A stretch of DNA of 43,154 bases from Octopus bimaculoides (lineage: Eukaryota): NCBI RefSeq assembly GCF_001194135.2, contig NC_069008.1:16515681-16558834 (forward strand). Direction: 5' to 3'. The position numbers and the translations under genes were made by a program. The notes under the pieces were generated by a model, which was given only the letters and a program-made list of their open reading frames with translations, made no database searches and was not told where the DNA came from. Within the stretch, counting starts at the first letter, position 1. Every line of letters begins with the position of its first letter. Below, piece by piece: positions 1 through 12,883 of the stretch.

Positions 1-285
1 TTCTACTATAGCCTCAGGCCGACCAAAGCCTTGTGAGTTGATTTGGTAGACGGAAACTGAAAGAAGCCCGTCGTATATATATATGTGTTTGTCCTCCTAG
101 CATTACTTGACAACCGATGCTGGTGTGTTTATGTCCCCGTAACTTAGCGGTTTGGCAAAAAGAGACCGATAGGATAAGTACTAGGCTTACAAAGAAAAAG
201 TCCCGGGGTCGATTTTCTCGACGAAAGGCGGTGCTCCAGCATGGCTGCAGTCAAATGACTGAAACAAGTAAAAGAGTAAAAGAGT
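1..285 (+). mobile_element. tRNA-derived SINE, 3' part, with TAAAAGAG tandem tail
   Basis: Matches the reverse complement of the full-length copy at 31741-32108; ends in gtaaaagagtaaaagagtaa. Confidence 0.8.
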
Positions 286-767
286 AATAGGTGTAAAACA
301 ACTTGCTGCGAACGAATATGAAGAAAAAAACGCGCGCTCGCGAACGGGGGTTGGGGTTGGGGAGAGGCATCGGAACATTCGCATCCTGAATGTTCCGAGA
401 CGCCTCACCGGAACCAAGAAACAAAAGAAAAATAGTGTAATCGATGTAAAACGATTTGCTCTGAAAGAATACGAAAACAAAAAGTGTGCTCCAGTTTGAC
501 CTTTTTTCTTTCCTATTCGTTCCCAGCAAGTTGTTTTACACCTATTAGACTATTTTTTACAAAAAACTTTGTCACCGGCTCAAACACTATAATTCAGAGG
601 CCCTGGAATGACGATATGTGACGATGTGAATGTTCCGAGTCCTCTCCTCACCCTGCCTTTCACGGGAGTGCATTTTTTTTTTTTTCATATTCGTTCAGAG
701 CAAGTCGTTTTACATCTGTTACACTATTTTTCTTTTGTTTCTTGGCTCCGGTGAGGCATCTCGGAAC
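285..767. repeat. Foldback/MITE-like element with interleaved inverted repeats
   Basis: 285-330 is inverted at 501-547; 392-491 is inverted at 665-767. Confidence 0.7.
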
Positions 768-824
768 CATTAAGCTGCGCAAAATCACAGTCAAAGCAGA
801 TACCAGTTGCACATAGATACACCC

Positions 825-1270
825 CATCATCATCATCATCATCGTTTAACGTCTGCTTTCCATGCTAGCATGGGTTGGACGATTTGACTGAGGACTGGTG
901 AAACCAGATGGCTACACCAGGCTCCAATCTGATTTGACAGAGTTTCTACAGCTGGATGCCCTTCCTAACGCCAACCACTCCGAGAGTGTAGTGGGTGCTT
1001 TTACGTGCCACCGGCACGAAGGCCAGTCAGGCGGTACTGGCAACGGCTACGCTCAAAATGGTGTATTGGCCGTTGCCAGTACCCCAGTATCATGCAAATG
1101 ATATCTGTGCCGGTAGCATATAAGAGCAGCCGCTACACTCTCAGAGTGGCTGGCGTTAGCAAGGGCATCCAGCCATCAAAAACCTTGTCAATTAAGACTG
1201 GAGTATGGTGGAGCCTTCCAGTGTGTCAGCCCAGTCAAACCATCCAACAGACGTCAAATGATGATGGTGA
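825..1270. mobile_element. Two copies of the RTE-LINE 3'-end repeat (ATG/GAT tail) in inverted orientation
   Basis: 825-1100 (-) begins with (CAT)n cgtttaacgtc and matches 6169-6361; about 1108-1270 (+) is a more diverged copy ending in gatgatggtgat. Confidence 0.75.
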
Positions 1271-2060
1271 TATATCTACATATATACACTAACACCACGA
1301 CTTCAGAGACATCTCCACTACAACTATGAAGACTACCACCGCCGATACTAACAATACTCTTTTTTCAGAAAATGGTGAGGGGCCCTTTGCAGTTAGAAAT
1401 AACCGCACTTCACCCATTCTAATTCATAGAAAAACACCCACAAGGGTCATATAGAAATTGTTTTCATACGTTTCTTCCTGTCTCAACATGCGTCAAATTC
1501 ATTGGACAATCGGTAGGAGTGTATTTTATGACTATGGCCTTATCTGCTGATAGCCTCTAAAATAATATCCATCCTGATAAACTGATGACAATAGTCCCAA
1601 AAGCAGAAACCAAATTTCAGTGGGGCAAAAGGTCTCCACAACGCAACTACAATCTCTAATGCTACATCAAATGCCTGATTCACTGTTGATGCCAAAATGC
1701 ATTTTCCAGTCGCTTCAAATTTATCTTCTGCAAAAGGCTATCAGGTTGATCTACTCTTGGAACATCTCTTCTTGTACATGTATTACGATTTCAAGTAAAC
1801 GTATTTGTGAGTGGTGAAATGAAATTTGGTGATATATTGTAAATAAATGTAAAGAATTATGTTATGCAATAGTGAAGTACATTTTAACTTTTATTATAAG
1901 GAAAATGGGCAGTACAATATGTACCATATAAATATGTTTAAGCCAAGAAGCCTGCTAGTATACATATATATATATTTATACCCACACATGGGTATGTACA
2001 TACCCATGTTTTGAAAGGCACATTCTTCAAAAATTACATAGGTATTCCATAACCAACACA

Positions 2061-2489
2061 GTGGTGATGTTGGTGTTAGTAGTGATCCACTGTTTTTAAT
2101 CTCTCTTTTTGAAAGTGTCCTGTATATCTTATATTGTTATGTCTCTCTCTTATTTCAGAATATTACATGACATTGGCATCAAAGCATCAGATAACTCCAT
2201 CGATATTCATCACTTAAAGAATTCCAGTGAAATATTTCTTTTCAACTGAGAACATTTCTTTTCTGAAATGTTTGGAATGTCTACAAGATTATTTTGTGTT
2301 GAAGTTAAACTTGGATACTTTTAAAAGGAATCTCAGAGTATTTTCAGATATCAAGGATTACAGTTGATGGAAAGAGAGCAATTGTTGTAGGACAAGAACA
2401 AAAACTGTATCCACGTATGTTGTGATTGAATTAAGATAAGGGACACATCAATTATATAAGGGAGTTGGTTATATTTTTATTGGGAAGAG
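2061..2489 (+). promoter_or_regulatory. ZNF-A intron end, splice acceptor (AG ending 2158) and 5' leader with uORF 2167-2217
   Basis: tctctctcttatttcag acceptor; same block lies upstream of ZNF-B to -G. Confidence 0.7.
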
Positions 2490-3599
2490 ATGTCACAAAA
2501 GAAACCACAATCAACATATCAGTGTATTACCTGTAAAAAAACTTTCAGTCAGAAAGGTAATCTAAATATTCACATGCGTATTCATACAGGGGAGAAGCCA
2601 TTTCACTGCAATGTTTGTGGTAAATCATTCTCTCAGGGACCTGTCTTAGCTGCCCACATCCGTATCCATACAGGGGAGAAGCCATTTCACTGCGATGTTT
2701 GTGGTAAATCATTTACTACAAGTAGTATTTTGACTACTCACACGCGCATTCATACAGGAGAGAAACCATTTCACTGTGATACTGGTAAATTATTCACTGT
2801 AAGCCGTGATTTTACCAAACACAATCATATTTGTACAGTGGAGAAGCCATATTGCTGTGACATATGTGGTAAATCATTCTCTAAAAATTCTAGTTTAAAT
2901 AGACATAAACGTATTCATACAGGTGAGAAGCCATTTCCTTGTGATATCTGTGGTAAATCATTCTCTACAAGCAGTCATTTAACTAATCACAGACGTATTC
3001 ATACAGGAGAAAAGCCATTTCCGTGTGATATCTGTGGTAAATCATTCTCTACAAGCAGTCATTTAACTATACACAAATATATTCATACAGGGAAGAAACC
3101 CTTTCAAAATAATAGTGATAAATTATTCACTGTAAGCAGTGATTTTACCAAACGCAATTGTATTTGTACAGGGAAGAAGCCATTTCACTGTGACATATGT
3201 GGTAAATCATTCTCTAACAATTTTACTTTAAATAGACACAAAAGTATTCATACAGGTGAGAAGCCATTTCTGTGTGATACCTGTGGTAAATCATTCTCTC
3301 AGGTAACTAGCTTAACTGTCCACAAACGTATTCATACAGGGGAGAAGCCATTTCACTGCGATATTTGTGGTAAATCATTTACTACAAGTAGTACGTTGAC
3401 TACTCACACATACATTCATACAGGAGAGAAGCCATTTCACTGCGATATTTGTGGTAAATCATTTACTACAAGTAGTACGTTGACTACTCACATGCACATT
3501 CATACAGGAGAGAAGCCATTTCACTGCGATATTTGTGGCAAATCATTCGCTCAGTTAAATGGCTTAACTATACACAAACGTAGTCATACAGGGGAGTAA
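2490..3599 (+). CDS. C2H2 zinc-finger protein A (369 aa; 13 repeat units, 11 intact and 2 degenerate; no effector domain)
   Basis: CxxC-x12-HxxxH repeats with TGEKPF linkers; ends at a premature TAA inside a linker (GE*). Confidence 0.85.
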   Translation: MSQKKPQSTYQCITCKKTFSQKGNLNIHMRIHTGEKPFHCNVCGKSFSQGPVLAAHIRIHTGEKPFHCDVCGKSFTTSSILTTHTRIHTGEKPFHCDTGKLFTVSRDFTKHNHICTVEKPYCCDICGKSFSKNSSLNRHKRIHTGEKPFPCDICGKSFSTSSHLTNHRRIHTGEKPFPCDICGKSFSTSSHLTIHKYIHTGKKPFQNNSDKLFTVSSDFTKRNCICTGKKPFHCDICGKSFSNNFTLNRHKSIHTGEKPFLCDTCGKSFSQVTSLTVHKRIHTGEKPFHCDICGKSFTTSSTLTTHTYIHTGEKPFHCDICGKSFTTSSTLTTHMHIHTGEKPFHCDICGKSFAQLNGLTIHKRSHTGE

Positions 3600-4185
<586 letters not shown>

Positions 4186-4525
4186 TCATTCCTAAAATTC
4201 ATTGCATCTCTCAGCAACCAACTATTTAACATCTTTTTCCAGATAAATCACAACTTAGCCCCGTGGTCTTAACAGCAATCTTGAAAAACTTTCATCACAC
4301 TCATCATGTTTCTTTTTCTGAGGTTCCCTTTTCTAACCACATTCTATGTTTGTAGCCTCTTGCAACGTACAGAGATATGTTCTGTTTATATCCAGTTTCA
4401 TTCCAGTTTATACTGTCAAAGTTTGTTCTAAAATTCTTTGTCCTATGTAACCTTAAATAAAAAATAATTCATATAACCACATATGTATTCACCTGTGACT
4501 GAAGATGTAGAAGTATATAAAAGCA
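4186..4525 (+). other. Conserved family 3' UTR block (A)
   Basis: Aligns with 11219-11530 (B), 14480-14769 reverse complement (C) and 31415-31710 (F); AATAAA near 4456. Confidence 0.7.
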
Positions 4526-4585
4526 TCCTCTCCACTCTCTCTCTCTCTGGATAAATTTATATATATATATGTATATACGTATGTG

Positions 4586-4820
4586 TGTGTATAACAACGA
4601 CCACTAAGTGGACAGTTAATGTGCTAGAAGAAGACCACATGTAAAGTGTCTACTAAGACCTAATAATGATTTATCCATGTAATTTTCACTGTCTTGCCCG
4701 CATACGGTTTGGTATTTCACTGAATTTCTTTTGAGAACTATTAGGTCTTAGTAGACACATTACGTGTGATCTTCTTCTAGCACATTAACTGTCCACTTAG
4801 TGGTCGTTGTTATATACACA
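4586..4820. repeat. Near-perfect inverted repeat (about 80-bp arms), MITE-like
   Basis: 4586-4664 pairs with 4739-4820. Confidence 0.85.
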
Positions 4821-4944
4821 TATACATTAATTCCCTGAGATCTCAGATATTTTTTCTGAATCTCTCTGATTCTATCAATGTGCTGGCTTCCTGGTAATAA
4901 ATCGATATTAATTAATATCTGATTTTTTACCCAATGTTTTAATT

Positions 4945-5098
4945 AGCGTTAGGAAGGGCATCCAGCTGTAGAAACTCTGCCAAATTTAGATTGGAGCCTG
5001 GTGTTGCCATCCGGTTTCACCAGTCCTCAGTCAAATTGTCCAACCCATGCTAGCATGGAAAGCGGACGTTAAACGATGATGATGATGATGATGATGAT
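4945..5098 (+). mobile_element. RTE 3'-end repeat with (GAT)n tail
   Basis: aggaagggcatccagctgtagaaactctgcc...cggacgttaaac(gat)n. Confidence 0.8.
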
Positions 5099-5109
5099 AT
5101 ATCCAATCC

Positions 5110-5330
5110 AATCAAATCTACATCTGAGAAGATAGCTTATCACTGATGTTTTTGTTAATGAGATTTTCCTTTCAGGATATTCATTGCTAGGCTGTGTAAT
5201 AAAGGAATTTGACTTCCAATGAGACAGTTTGATATTCAGTCTCACTGCATGGCACCTTGAAATGCGTTGTCTTTTATACGTAGGGTTGAGCAAAGCCTTG
5301 TACATGGACATTGTCTGAAAATCAGTTGTG
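5110..5330 (+). mobile_element. Old degenerate SINE shared by the 3' flanks of A, B and F
   Basis: Homologous to 12410-12590 and 32110-32290 (tagggttgagcaaagcc core). Confidence 0.6.
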
Positions 5331-5863
5331 TTCATGTATGCATTATATACTAACTTAAAAGCCACCAAATAGGGCAGCTTTTACACAACTGACCCCAAAT
5401 GGGAAGATCTGCAAATAGATCTCTGACTTGTTTTGGAGAATTTCTTGCAACTGCTTCCTCCAGTCATATACCAATGATGATCATATTTGTCGCAAAAAAA
5501 TCATGAAAGAAATCGCAGCGATGAAAACATAGGAATCCAAAATTTCAGGATTGCAGGTCCTGATTCAGCCCTGAATGTTTTTAATTTATTCACAGAGTTG
5601 CCCTTTAGATTATAAAAACTGTTATCGTACGAAAAATTTCATTGCAAAGAGACGTAAAAAAAAATTGCTCAAAACGATCACAGTTATAAAAACTTTGGAA
5701 TCCAAAGTAACCAGATTGTGGGTCCAGATTCAACCCAGAATGTTTTTAATTTATTAACGGAGTCAGCCTGATTCCAAAATGGTATGATGTGTTGGGTGCG
5801 GCCTCAAGGAGTAAAGTTGAAAAAGTGTGACACACTGACATTCACATTTATTATATTATATTA

Positions 5864-6055
5864 AGGTGATAAGCTGGCAGAATCGCTAGCTCGCTGGGCA
5901 AAATGCTTAGCAGTATTTCATCTGCCATTAGGTTTTGAGTTTGAATTCTGCCAAGGTTGACTGTGCTTTCCATCCTCTCGAGATCAATAAAATTAGTACC
6001 AGTTATGTACTGGGGTTGATCTAATTGACTTAATTCCTTCCCCCAAAATTGCTGA
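5864..6055 (+). mobile_element. tRNA-derived SINE (second family)
   Basis: agctggcagaatcgctag head, tttgaattctgcc B-box-like motif; related copy at 16590-16775 (-). Confidence 0.7.
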
Positions 6056-6168
6056 TACTAGTGTAGACAGGAATTGTTTCTATAAGCTAGATAGTGCTGT
6101 GAGCAGTCGGTTGAGGTTATTGAACTGAATCACAGTAGTGGAAAACATAGTAGGTGAGTCGCTGTGTT

Positions 6169-7417
6169 CATCATCATCATCATCATCGTTTAACGTCCGC
6201 TTTCCATGCTAGCATGGGTTGGATGATTTGACTGAGGACTGGTGAAACCGGATGGCAACACCAGGCTCCAATCTAATTTGGCAGAGTTTCTACAGCTGGA
6301 TGCCCTTCCTAACGCCAACCACTCAGAGAGTGTAGTGGGTGCTTTTACGTGTCACCCGCACNNNNNNNNNNNNNNNNNNNNNNNNNNNNNNNNNNNNNNN
6401 NNNNNNNNNNNNNNNNNNNNNNNNNNNNNNNNNNNNNNNNNNNNNNNNNNNNNNNNNNNNNNNNNNNNNNNNNNNNNNNNNNNNNNNNNNNNNNNNNNNN
6501 NNNNNNNNNNNNNNNNNNNNNNNNNNNNNNNNNNNNNNNNNNNNNNNNNNNNNNNNNNNNNNNNNNNNNNNNNNNNNNNNNNNNNNNNNNNNNNNNNNNN
6601 NNNNNNNNNNNNNNNNNNNNNNNNNNNNNNNNNNNNNNNNNNNNNNNNNNNNNNNNNNNNNNNNNNNNNNNNNNNNNNNNNNNNNNNNNNNNNNNNNNNN
6701 NNNNNNNNNNNNNNNNNNNNNNNNNNNNNNNNNNNNNNNNNNNNNNNNNNNNNNNNNNNNNNNNNNNNNNNNNNNNNNNNNNNNNNNNNNNNNNNNNNNN
6801 NNNNNNNNNNNNNNNNNNNNNNNNNNNNNNNNNNNNNNNNNNNNNNNNNNNNNNNNNNNNNNNNNNNNNNNNNNNNNNNNNNNNNNNNNNNNNNNNNNNN
6901 NNNNNNNNNNNNNNNNNNNNNNNNNNNNNNNNNNNNNNNNNNNNNNNNNNNNNNNNNNNNNNNNNNNNNNNNNNNNNNNNNNNNNNNNNNNNNNNNNNNN
7001 NNNNNNNNNNNNNNNNNNNNNNNNNNNNNNNNNNNNNNNNNNNNNNNNNNNNNNNNNNNNNNNNNNNNNNNNNNNNNNNNNNNNNNNNNNNNNNNNNNNN
7101 NNNNNNNNNNNNNNNNNNNNNNNNNNNNNNNNNNNNNNNNNNNNNNNNNNTTGTGTTTTATCTACCTTCCTACTTATTAGGATTTTGGTTTTAGCTAGGT
7201 TGACTCTAAGGCCCTTCAATTCTAGACCTTGCTTCCACACCTGAAACTCCTCCTCTAGTTCTGATAGTGACTCTGCAATTAGGGCAAGGTCATCAGCATA
7301 GAGGAGCTCCCAGGGGCAACCTGTCTTGAACTCCTCTGTGATTGCCTGGAGGACTATGATAAATAAGAGGGGGCTGAGGACGGAACCTTGGTGGACCCCT
7401 ACCTCTACCCGGAATCC
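6169..7417 (-). mobile_element. 5'-truncated RTE-clade LINE (RT fragment, gap, 3' end)
   Basis: 7417-7151 translates VEVGVHQGSVLSPLLFIIVLQAITEEFKTGCPWELLYADDLALIAES...GLRVNLAKTK (YADD motif); (CAT)n-tailed 3' end at 6169-6361; N-gap 6362-7150. Confidence 0.9.
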
Positions 7418-7577
7418 AAATGATCCTTAACAGTTCCAGGTCTGTACTGCAACGGATCAAAATGGTTAGCTTTACGCGCCAGGGACCTTGAGCGGACGTG
7501 ATGCCAGGGCCCTCTTGCGCGTACGTCAGTTGAAGCTCTTGACGAAAATGCACGGGTGCTAACTCACTTGTGATCCC

Positions 7578-8645
7578 ATGCTACAACTACACGCTAAAGG
7601 TTATGTGGGTACGGTATTAAGCCACGTGAATTTTATAAAACCAAAGGTGCAATCTAAGCATAGAAACGCTAAGATTTCGGTTAGCGTTTACAGTATTACC
7701 CGGAAATGAAATAAAAGAAAACAGAGCAACGGTTGTAAAAAGAAAATGTGTAGGAAACAAATAGGAAAGCAATGGAGGTGGGGAGACGACTTCGGAAAAT
7801 TCACAAGATCCGAGTTTTTCCCTCGTAACTGTTAGGAATTTTTTTTTTTTTTTTTTTTGTGAAATTTTATATAAATACCTTTCGAACGACATACTTTATG
7901 GTTATAAAGAAATTTGTGGGTAAAATCTTTTCCGAGGGAGTGAGGGGAGGACTTCAAAAAAATTCACAAGACCCGAGGTTTTCACCCATAACTTTCCGGA
8001 AAATAAATAGGATCTTTTAATGAGAAAGTTATGAGGGAAATACTCGGATCTTGTGAATTTTCCAAACTCCCTCCCACCATTGCTTTCCGAGCCTTTTTCC
8101 TTTCATATTCCTTTCCCACACATTTTTTTACACCCGTTGCACTATATATATNNNNNNNNNNNNNNTTTTTTTTTTTTTTTTTTTTTGTGAAATTTTATAT
8201 AAATACCTTTCGAACGACATACTTTATGGTTATAAAGAAATTTGTGGGTAAAATCTTTTCCGAGGGAGTGAGGGGAGGACTTCAAAAAAATTCACAAGAC
8301 CCGAGGTTTTCACCCATAACTTTCCGGAAAATAAATAGGATCTTTTAATGAGAAAGTTATGAGGGAAATACTCGGATCTTGTGAATTTTCCAAACTCCCT
8401 CCCACCATTGCTTTCCGAGCCTTTTTCCTTTCATATTCCTTTCCCACACATTTTTTTACACCCGTTGCACTATATATATATTTTTTAAATTTCGTTTCTG
8501 GGTAATCTAAACATTAACCGAAATTTTTAACATCAAACAGAGTTAAACGAAATGGTAAATATTGTCTTGATTATAGGAATGATGGGAAACAGCGGCTTCT
8601 ATATCTGACAAAATATTACGGAGTAAAAACTAAAGGAATTATGTA
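7578..8645 (+). mobile_element. hAT transposase C-terminal remnant upstream of ZNF-B, split by a MITE
   Basis: VLSHVNFIKPK at about 7614-7646 and KRNGKYCLDY at about 8545-8575; homologous to 17316-17552 (-). Confidence 0.6.
7674..8524. mobile_element. MITE with long imperfect TIRs (apparent length inflated by an assembly duplication across the gap 8152-8165)
   Basis: atttcggttagcgttta... / ...taaacattaaccgaaat ends; internal gaaaattcacaagatccgag arm inverted. Confidence 0.75.
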
Positions 8646-8779
8646 AATTTGATTTGTATTCAATTGTAATTAGATCTTTCCATATAAATAATTTCGTATT
8701 CACACGTATTTATGTGAGTTTTCGTTTAAGTAATAATTTTTAGATCCTTTTTTTGATCTGTAATTAGTTCTTTTCACCA

Positions 8780-8941
8780 GTTTTAATTAGCAGCGATGTT
8801 TCTCCCTCTATAGGAGAATTAAAAAAATACATGAGGCATCAAGGGGAATAACTTCATACCAAGTACAACGTACATCATTTAACAAGTTCGATATCATTGC
8901 TAATCGGGCACTGACTGATTTATACGAGACGAACGGTAAGT
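8780..8941 (+). promoter_or_regulatory. ZNF-B putative promoter and non-coding exon 1; donor G|GTAAGT at 8936
   Basis: Block conserved upstream of B-G in gene orientation; inferred intron 8936-9349. Confidence 0.65.
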
Positions 8942-9704
8942 TGAGGAGGATTTACTTGAATAGAGAAAACACATAACAACATTGGAAGAAAGATATTTGC
9001 TCCTGCAAGTCGTCATTTCGCTGTCTTTTACCGATAGGATAATCCTTTCAAACTGAAATAGTGATGTGTTCTTTTCGAAAAGACACAATCCATTGTTACA
9101 TGTGAAACGATATAAGGAGATAGATTATTTTATATACCCGTTACTGTCCTAAATGTCAAATTCGTGTTAATAAGGTGCTATAAGTCTATGTATTACTTGA
9201 CTGAACAGCAACAATTGAATTGATAATTACGTTTTGCCAAGATATTAGACTGTGGTAATGTTGGTGTTAGTAGTGATCCACTGTTTTTAATCTCTCTTTT
9301 TGAAAGTGTCCTGTATATCTTATATTGTTATTTCTCTCTCTTATTTCAGAATATTACATGACATTGGCATCAAAGCATCAGATAACTCCATCGATATTCA
9401 TCACTTAAAGAATTCCAGTGAAATATTTCTTTTCAACTGAGAACATTTCTTTTCTGAAATGTTTGGAATGTCTACAAGATTATTTTGTGTTGAAGTTAAA
9501 CTTGGATACTTTTAAAAGGAATCTCAGAGTATTTTCAGATATCAAGGATTACAGTTGATGGAAAGAGAGCAATAGCTATAATTTGTAAGGAATAAGTCGT
9601 AGGACAAGAACAAAAACTGTATCCACGTATGTTGTGATTGAATTAAGATAAGGGACAAACGGATTATTTAAGATAGTTGGAGAATATATTTTCATTCTGA
9701 AGAA

Positions 9705-11218
9705 ATGTCACAAGAAAAACCACAATCAGGTTTTCAATGTGACATATGTAAAAAAACTTTTAGTCAGAAATGTAATCTGACTACTCACATGTGTATTCAT
9801 ACCGGAGAGAAAATATTTCAGTGTGATACCTGTAGTAAATCATTCTCTCAGGTAGCTGGCTTAACTCTACATACACGTATTCATACAGGTGAGAAGCCAT
9901 TTCACTGTAATGTTTGTGATAAATCATTCTCTCAGTTAATTGGCTTAACTGTCCACAAACGTATTCATACAGGTGAGAAGCCATTTCCGTGTGATATCTG
10001 TGGTAAATCATTCTCTCAGGTAAATGGNNNNNNNNNNCGTGTGATATCTGTGGTAAATCATTCTCTCAGGTAAATGGTTTAACTGTACACAAACGTATTC
10101 ATACAGGGGAGAAGCCATTTCACTGTGATGATTGTGGTAAATCATTTACTACAAGAAGTATCTTAACTATTCACAAACGTATTCATACAGGAGAGAAGCC
10201 CTTTCATTGTAATATTTGTGGTAAATTTTTCACTGCAAGCTGTGATTTTACTAAACACAAACGTATTCATACCGGGGAGAAGCCATTTCACTGTGATACC
10301 TGTGGCAAATCATTTTCTCAGGGAACTGCCTTAACTTTACACAAACGTATTCATACTGGAGAAAAGCCATTTCACTGTGATATCTGTGGTAAATCATTCT
10401 CTCAGGGACCTACCTTGACTTCACACAAACGTATTCATACGGGAGAGAAGCCATTTCACTGTGATATCTGTGGTAAATCATTCTCTCAGGGACCTACCTT
10501 AACCGAACACAAATATATTCATTCAGGGGAGAAGCCATTTCACTGTGATATTTGTGGTAAATCATTCTCTTGGGCAACTGTCTTAACTTTACATAGACGT
10601 ATTCATACAGGGGAGAAGCCATTTCACTGTGATATTTGTGGTAAATCATTCTCTCGGGGACCTGTCTTAAGTATACACAGGCGTATTCATACAGGGGAGA
10701 AGCCATTTCACTGTGATATATGTGGCAAATCATTCTCTCAGGCAACTGCCCTAACTATACACAAACGTATTCATACAGGGGAGAAGCCATTTCACTGTGA
10801 TATCTGTGGTAAATCTTTCTCTCAGGGACCTGCTTTGACTTCACACAAACGCATTCATACGGGAGAGAAGCCATTTCACTGTGATATTTGTGGTAAATCA
10901 TTCTCTCGAGGACCTACCTTATCTGTACACAAACGTATTCATACAGGAGAGAAGCCATTTCACTGTGATATTTGTGGTAAATCATTCTCTCGGGAACCTG
11001 ACTTAACTATACACAGACGTATTCATACAGGGGAGAAACCATTTCACTGTGATATCTGTGACAAATCATTTGCTCAGGGAACTGCGTTAACTATACACAA
11101 ACGTATTCATACAGGGGAGAAGTCATTTCACTGTGATATTTGTGGTAAATCATTCTCTCAGAAGTGTAACTTAACTAAACATATGTCTGTCCATACAAAA
11201 GTGACTCCGTCATTGTGA
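9705..11218 (+). CDS. C2H2 zinc-finger protein B (about 487 aa, 17 fingers), split in the ORF track by an assembly artefact
   Basis: 9988-10027 is repeated at 10038-10077 around 10 Ns; removing 50 nt joins both ORFs in frame with no stops. Confidence 0.9.
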
Positions 11219-11549
11219 AAATTCATTGCATCTCTTAACCACTAACTATTTAACATCTTTTTCCACTTAAATCACAAGTTACTCTTGTGCTCTTAACAGT
11301 AATCTGTAAAAACTTCACTTTAATCATACTCATGGTTCATTTTTTAATGTACTATTTTCTGACTACATTCTATGTTATGATGTTCTGTTTATATCCAGGT
11401 TTATTTCAGTTTATACTGTTGATATTGGTTCTAAAAATCTTTGTCTTACGTAACCATAAACAAAAAATATCTCGTATAACCACATATGTATTCACCTGTG
11501 ACTGAAGATGTAGCAACATATAAGAGCACACACTCAACCATGTGATCGT

Positions 11550-11735
11550 GTGTGTATCGGGGGCGATTTTCTTTCTCCTTCTTCCCTTCTTTGGACTTTT
11601 TCTATATTTCTGATAAAGAGCTCCGCTCGAAACGTGAAATCCTCTTTCTTTTCTTTCCTTTCCTGAGCGTCCAATAACACAGTACTTGTTCCTCGTTCTC
11701 GTGTTGTTGTTTTTTCTTCCTTCGTGTTTGAATTG
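11550..11735 (+). mobile_element. Penelope-like terminal repeat fragment with hammerhead-like core
   Basis: CTGATAA-A-GAGC-tcc-GCTC-GAAAC at 11610-11633; related copy at 33870-34010 (-). Confidence 0.5.
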
Positions 11736-11744
11736 ACTATATAT

Positions 11745-12020
11745 ATATATATATAGTTTTAAGGAAAAGAACGAAGGTTCATGAACTCATCGATGAAAAT
11801 CCATTGTCACATATAGAAAAATTAATAATTAAAAAAGTATAATATAATACAAAGTAAATATCATAAGATTAAGATGATAATAATTTTAATAATAATATTA
11901 TCTTGATCTTATGTTTACTTTGTACTATATTATACTTTATTATTGTGCTTTTAATTATTAATTTTTCTATATGTGACAGTGGATTTTCATCGATGAGTTC
12001 TTTTCCCTAAAACTATATAT
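11745..12020. repeat. AT-rich palindrome (about 125-bp arms)
   Basis: gaactcatcgatgaaaatccattgtcacatatagaaaaattaataattaaaa is mirrored at about 11945-12000. Confidence 0.85.
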
Positions 12021-12108
12021 GTATATTTTATACTGTGAAACTTAATTTAATTTAAATTTTTAATAAATTGAGTTTTTACCTGTAATTTTGGATTTTATCC
12101 CCAATATT

Positions 12109-12140
<32 letters not shown>

Positions 12141-12336
12141 TAAATCATAGGGCAGTAAAAAAAATTTTAGAAATTTTATTTACCACCAGTGATCCAGCTA
12201 GAAGAAAAAATTAGTCAATAGACTATATATTATTCATTTAAAATATAGAGATGCCTATAATAGATGGTATAGAGTTTTTTTTGCNNNNNNNNNNNNNNNN
12301 NNNNNNNNNNNNNNNNNNNNNNNNNNNNNNNNNNNN

Positions 12337-12379
<43 letters not shown>

Positions 12380-12664
12380 GTATGTATGTATGTATAACAA
12401 ATCCACAAGTGAGGAAATAGCTTATCATAGATGTCTTTTTAGTGAAATCCGCCTTTCAGAATATTCATTGCTAGGCTGCGTAATAAAGGAATTTTACTTC
12501 CCCTGAGTGTTTCGTTTTCAGTCACACTGCATTGAAAAGTGTCATCATTTATACTAGGGTTGAGCAAAGCCTTGTACATGGACACTGTATGTATGTAGAT
12601 ATATAATATATATACATATAAGGTGTGTGTATGCATTTTATACTAGCTTATATACGGCTTTAAA

Positions 12665-12883
12665 CCCTTTCGTTACCAAACCGGCTGAAACCAGCTCTGG
12701 TTCTAAGTACAAATATCTTGTTTTCACAAGTTTTGAATTAAAATCTTCCACCAAACCTTAATTACAATTTATGTTCCTTACATTAGCTTAATGATAATTA
12801 AATCATTTTCTAAATTCTTTGTTATATTTAAAGTAATTGAAAGAAATGCAGAGTGTCTCAAAATAAATACAGTAACAAAAGGA
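12665..12883. mobile_element. piggyBac-like MITE (degenerate copy)
   Basis: ccctttcgttacc start; homologous to 31131-31353. Confidence 0.7.

Noticed and set aside
898-1101. Recurrent MKPDG(Y/N)TRLQS ORFs (898, 6242, 37544) as a small gene family
   Set aside because: They are antisense translations of the RTE 3'-end repeat
6242-7244. Long ORFs of about 280-355 aa here and at 17942-19028
   Set aside because: They consist of N-gap translated as X
7839-8480. Apparent 320-bp perfect tandem duplication
   Set aside because: Identical copies flank a 14-N gap; this is an unmerged contig overlap
9988-10077. Apparent frameshift or two separate genes in ZNF-B
   Set aside because: A 40-nt overlap is duplicated around 10 Ns; removing it restores one ORF
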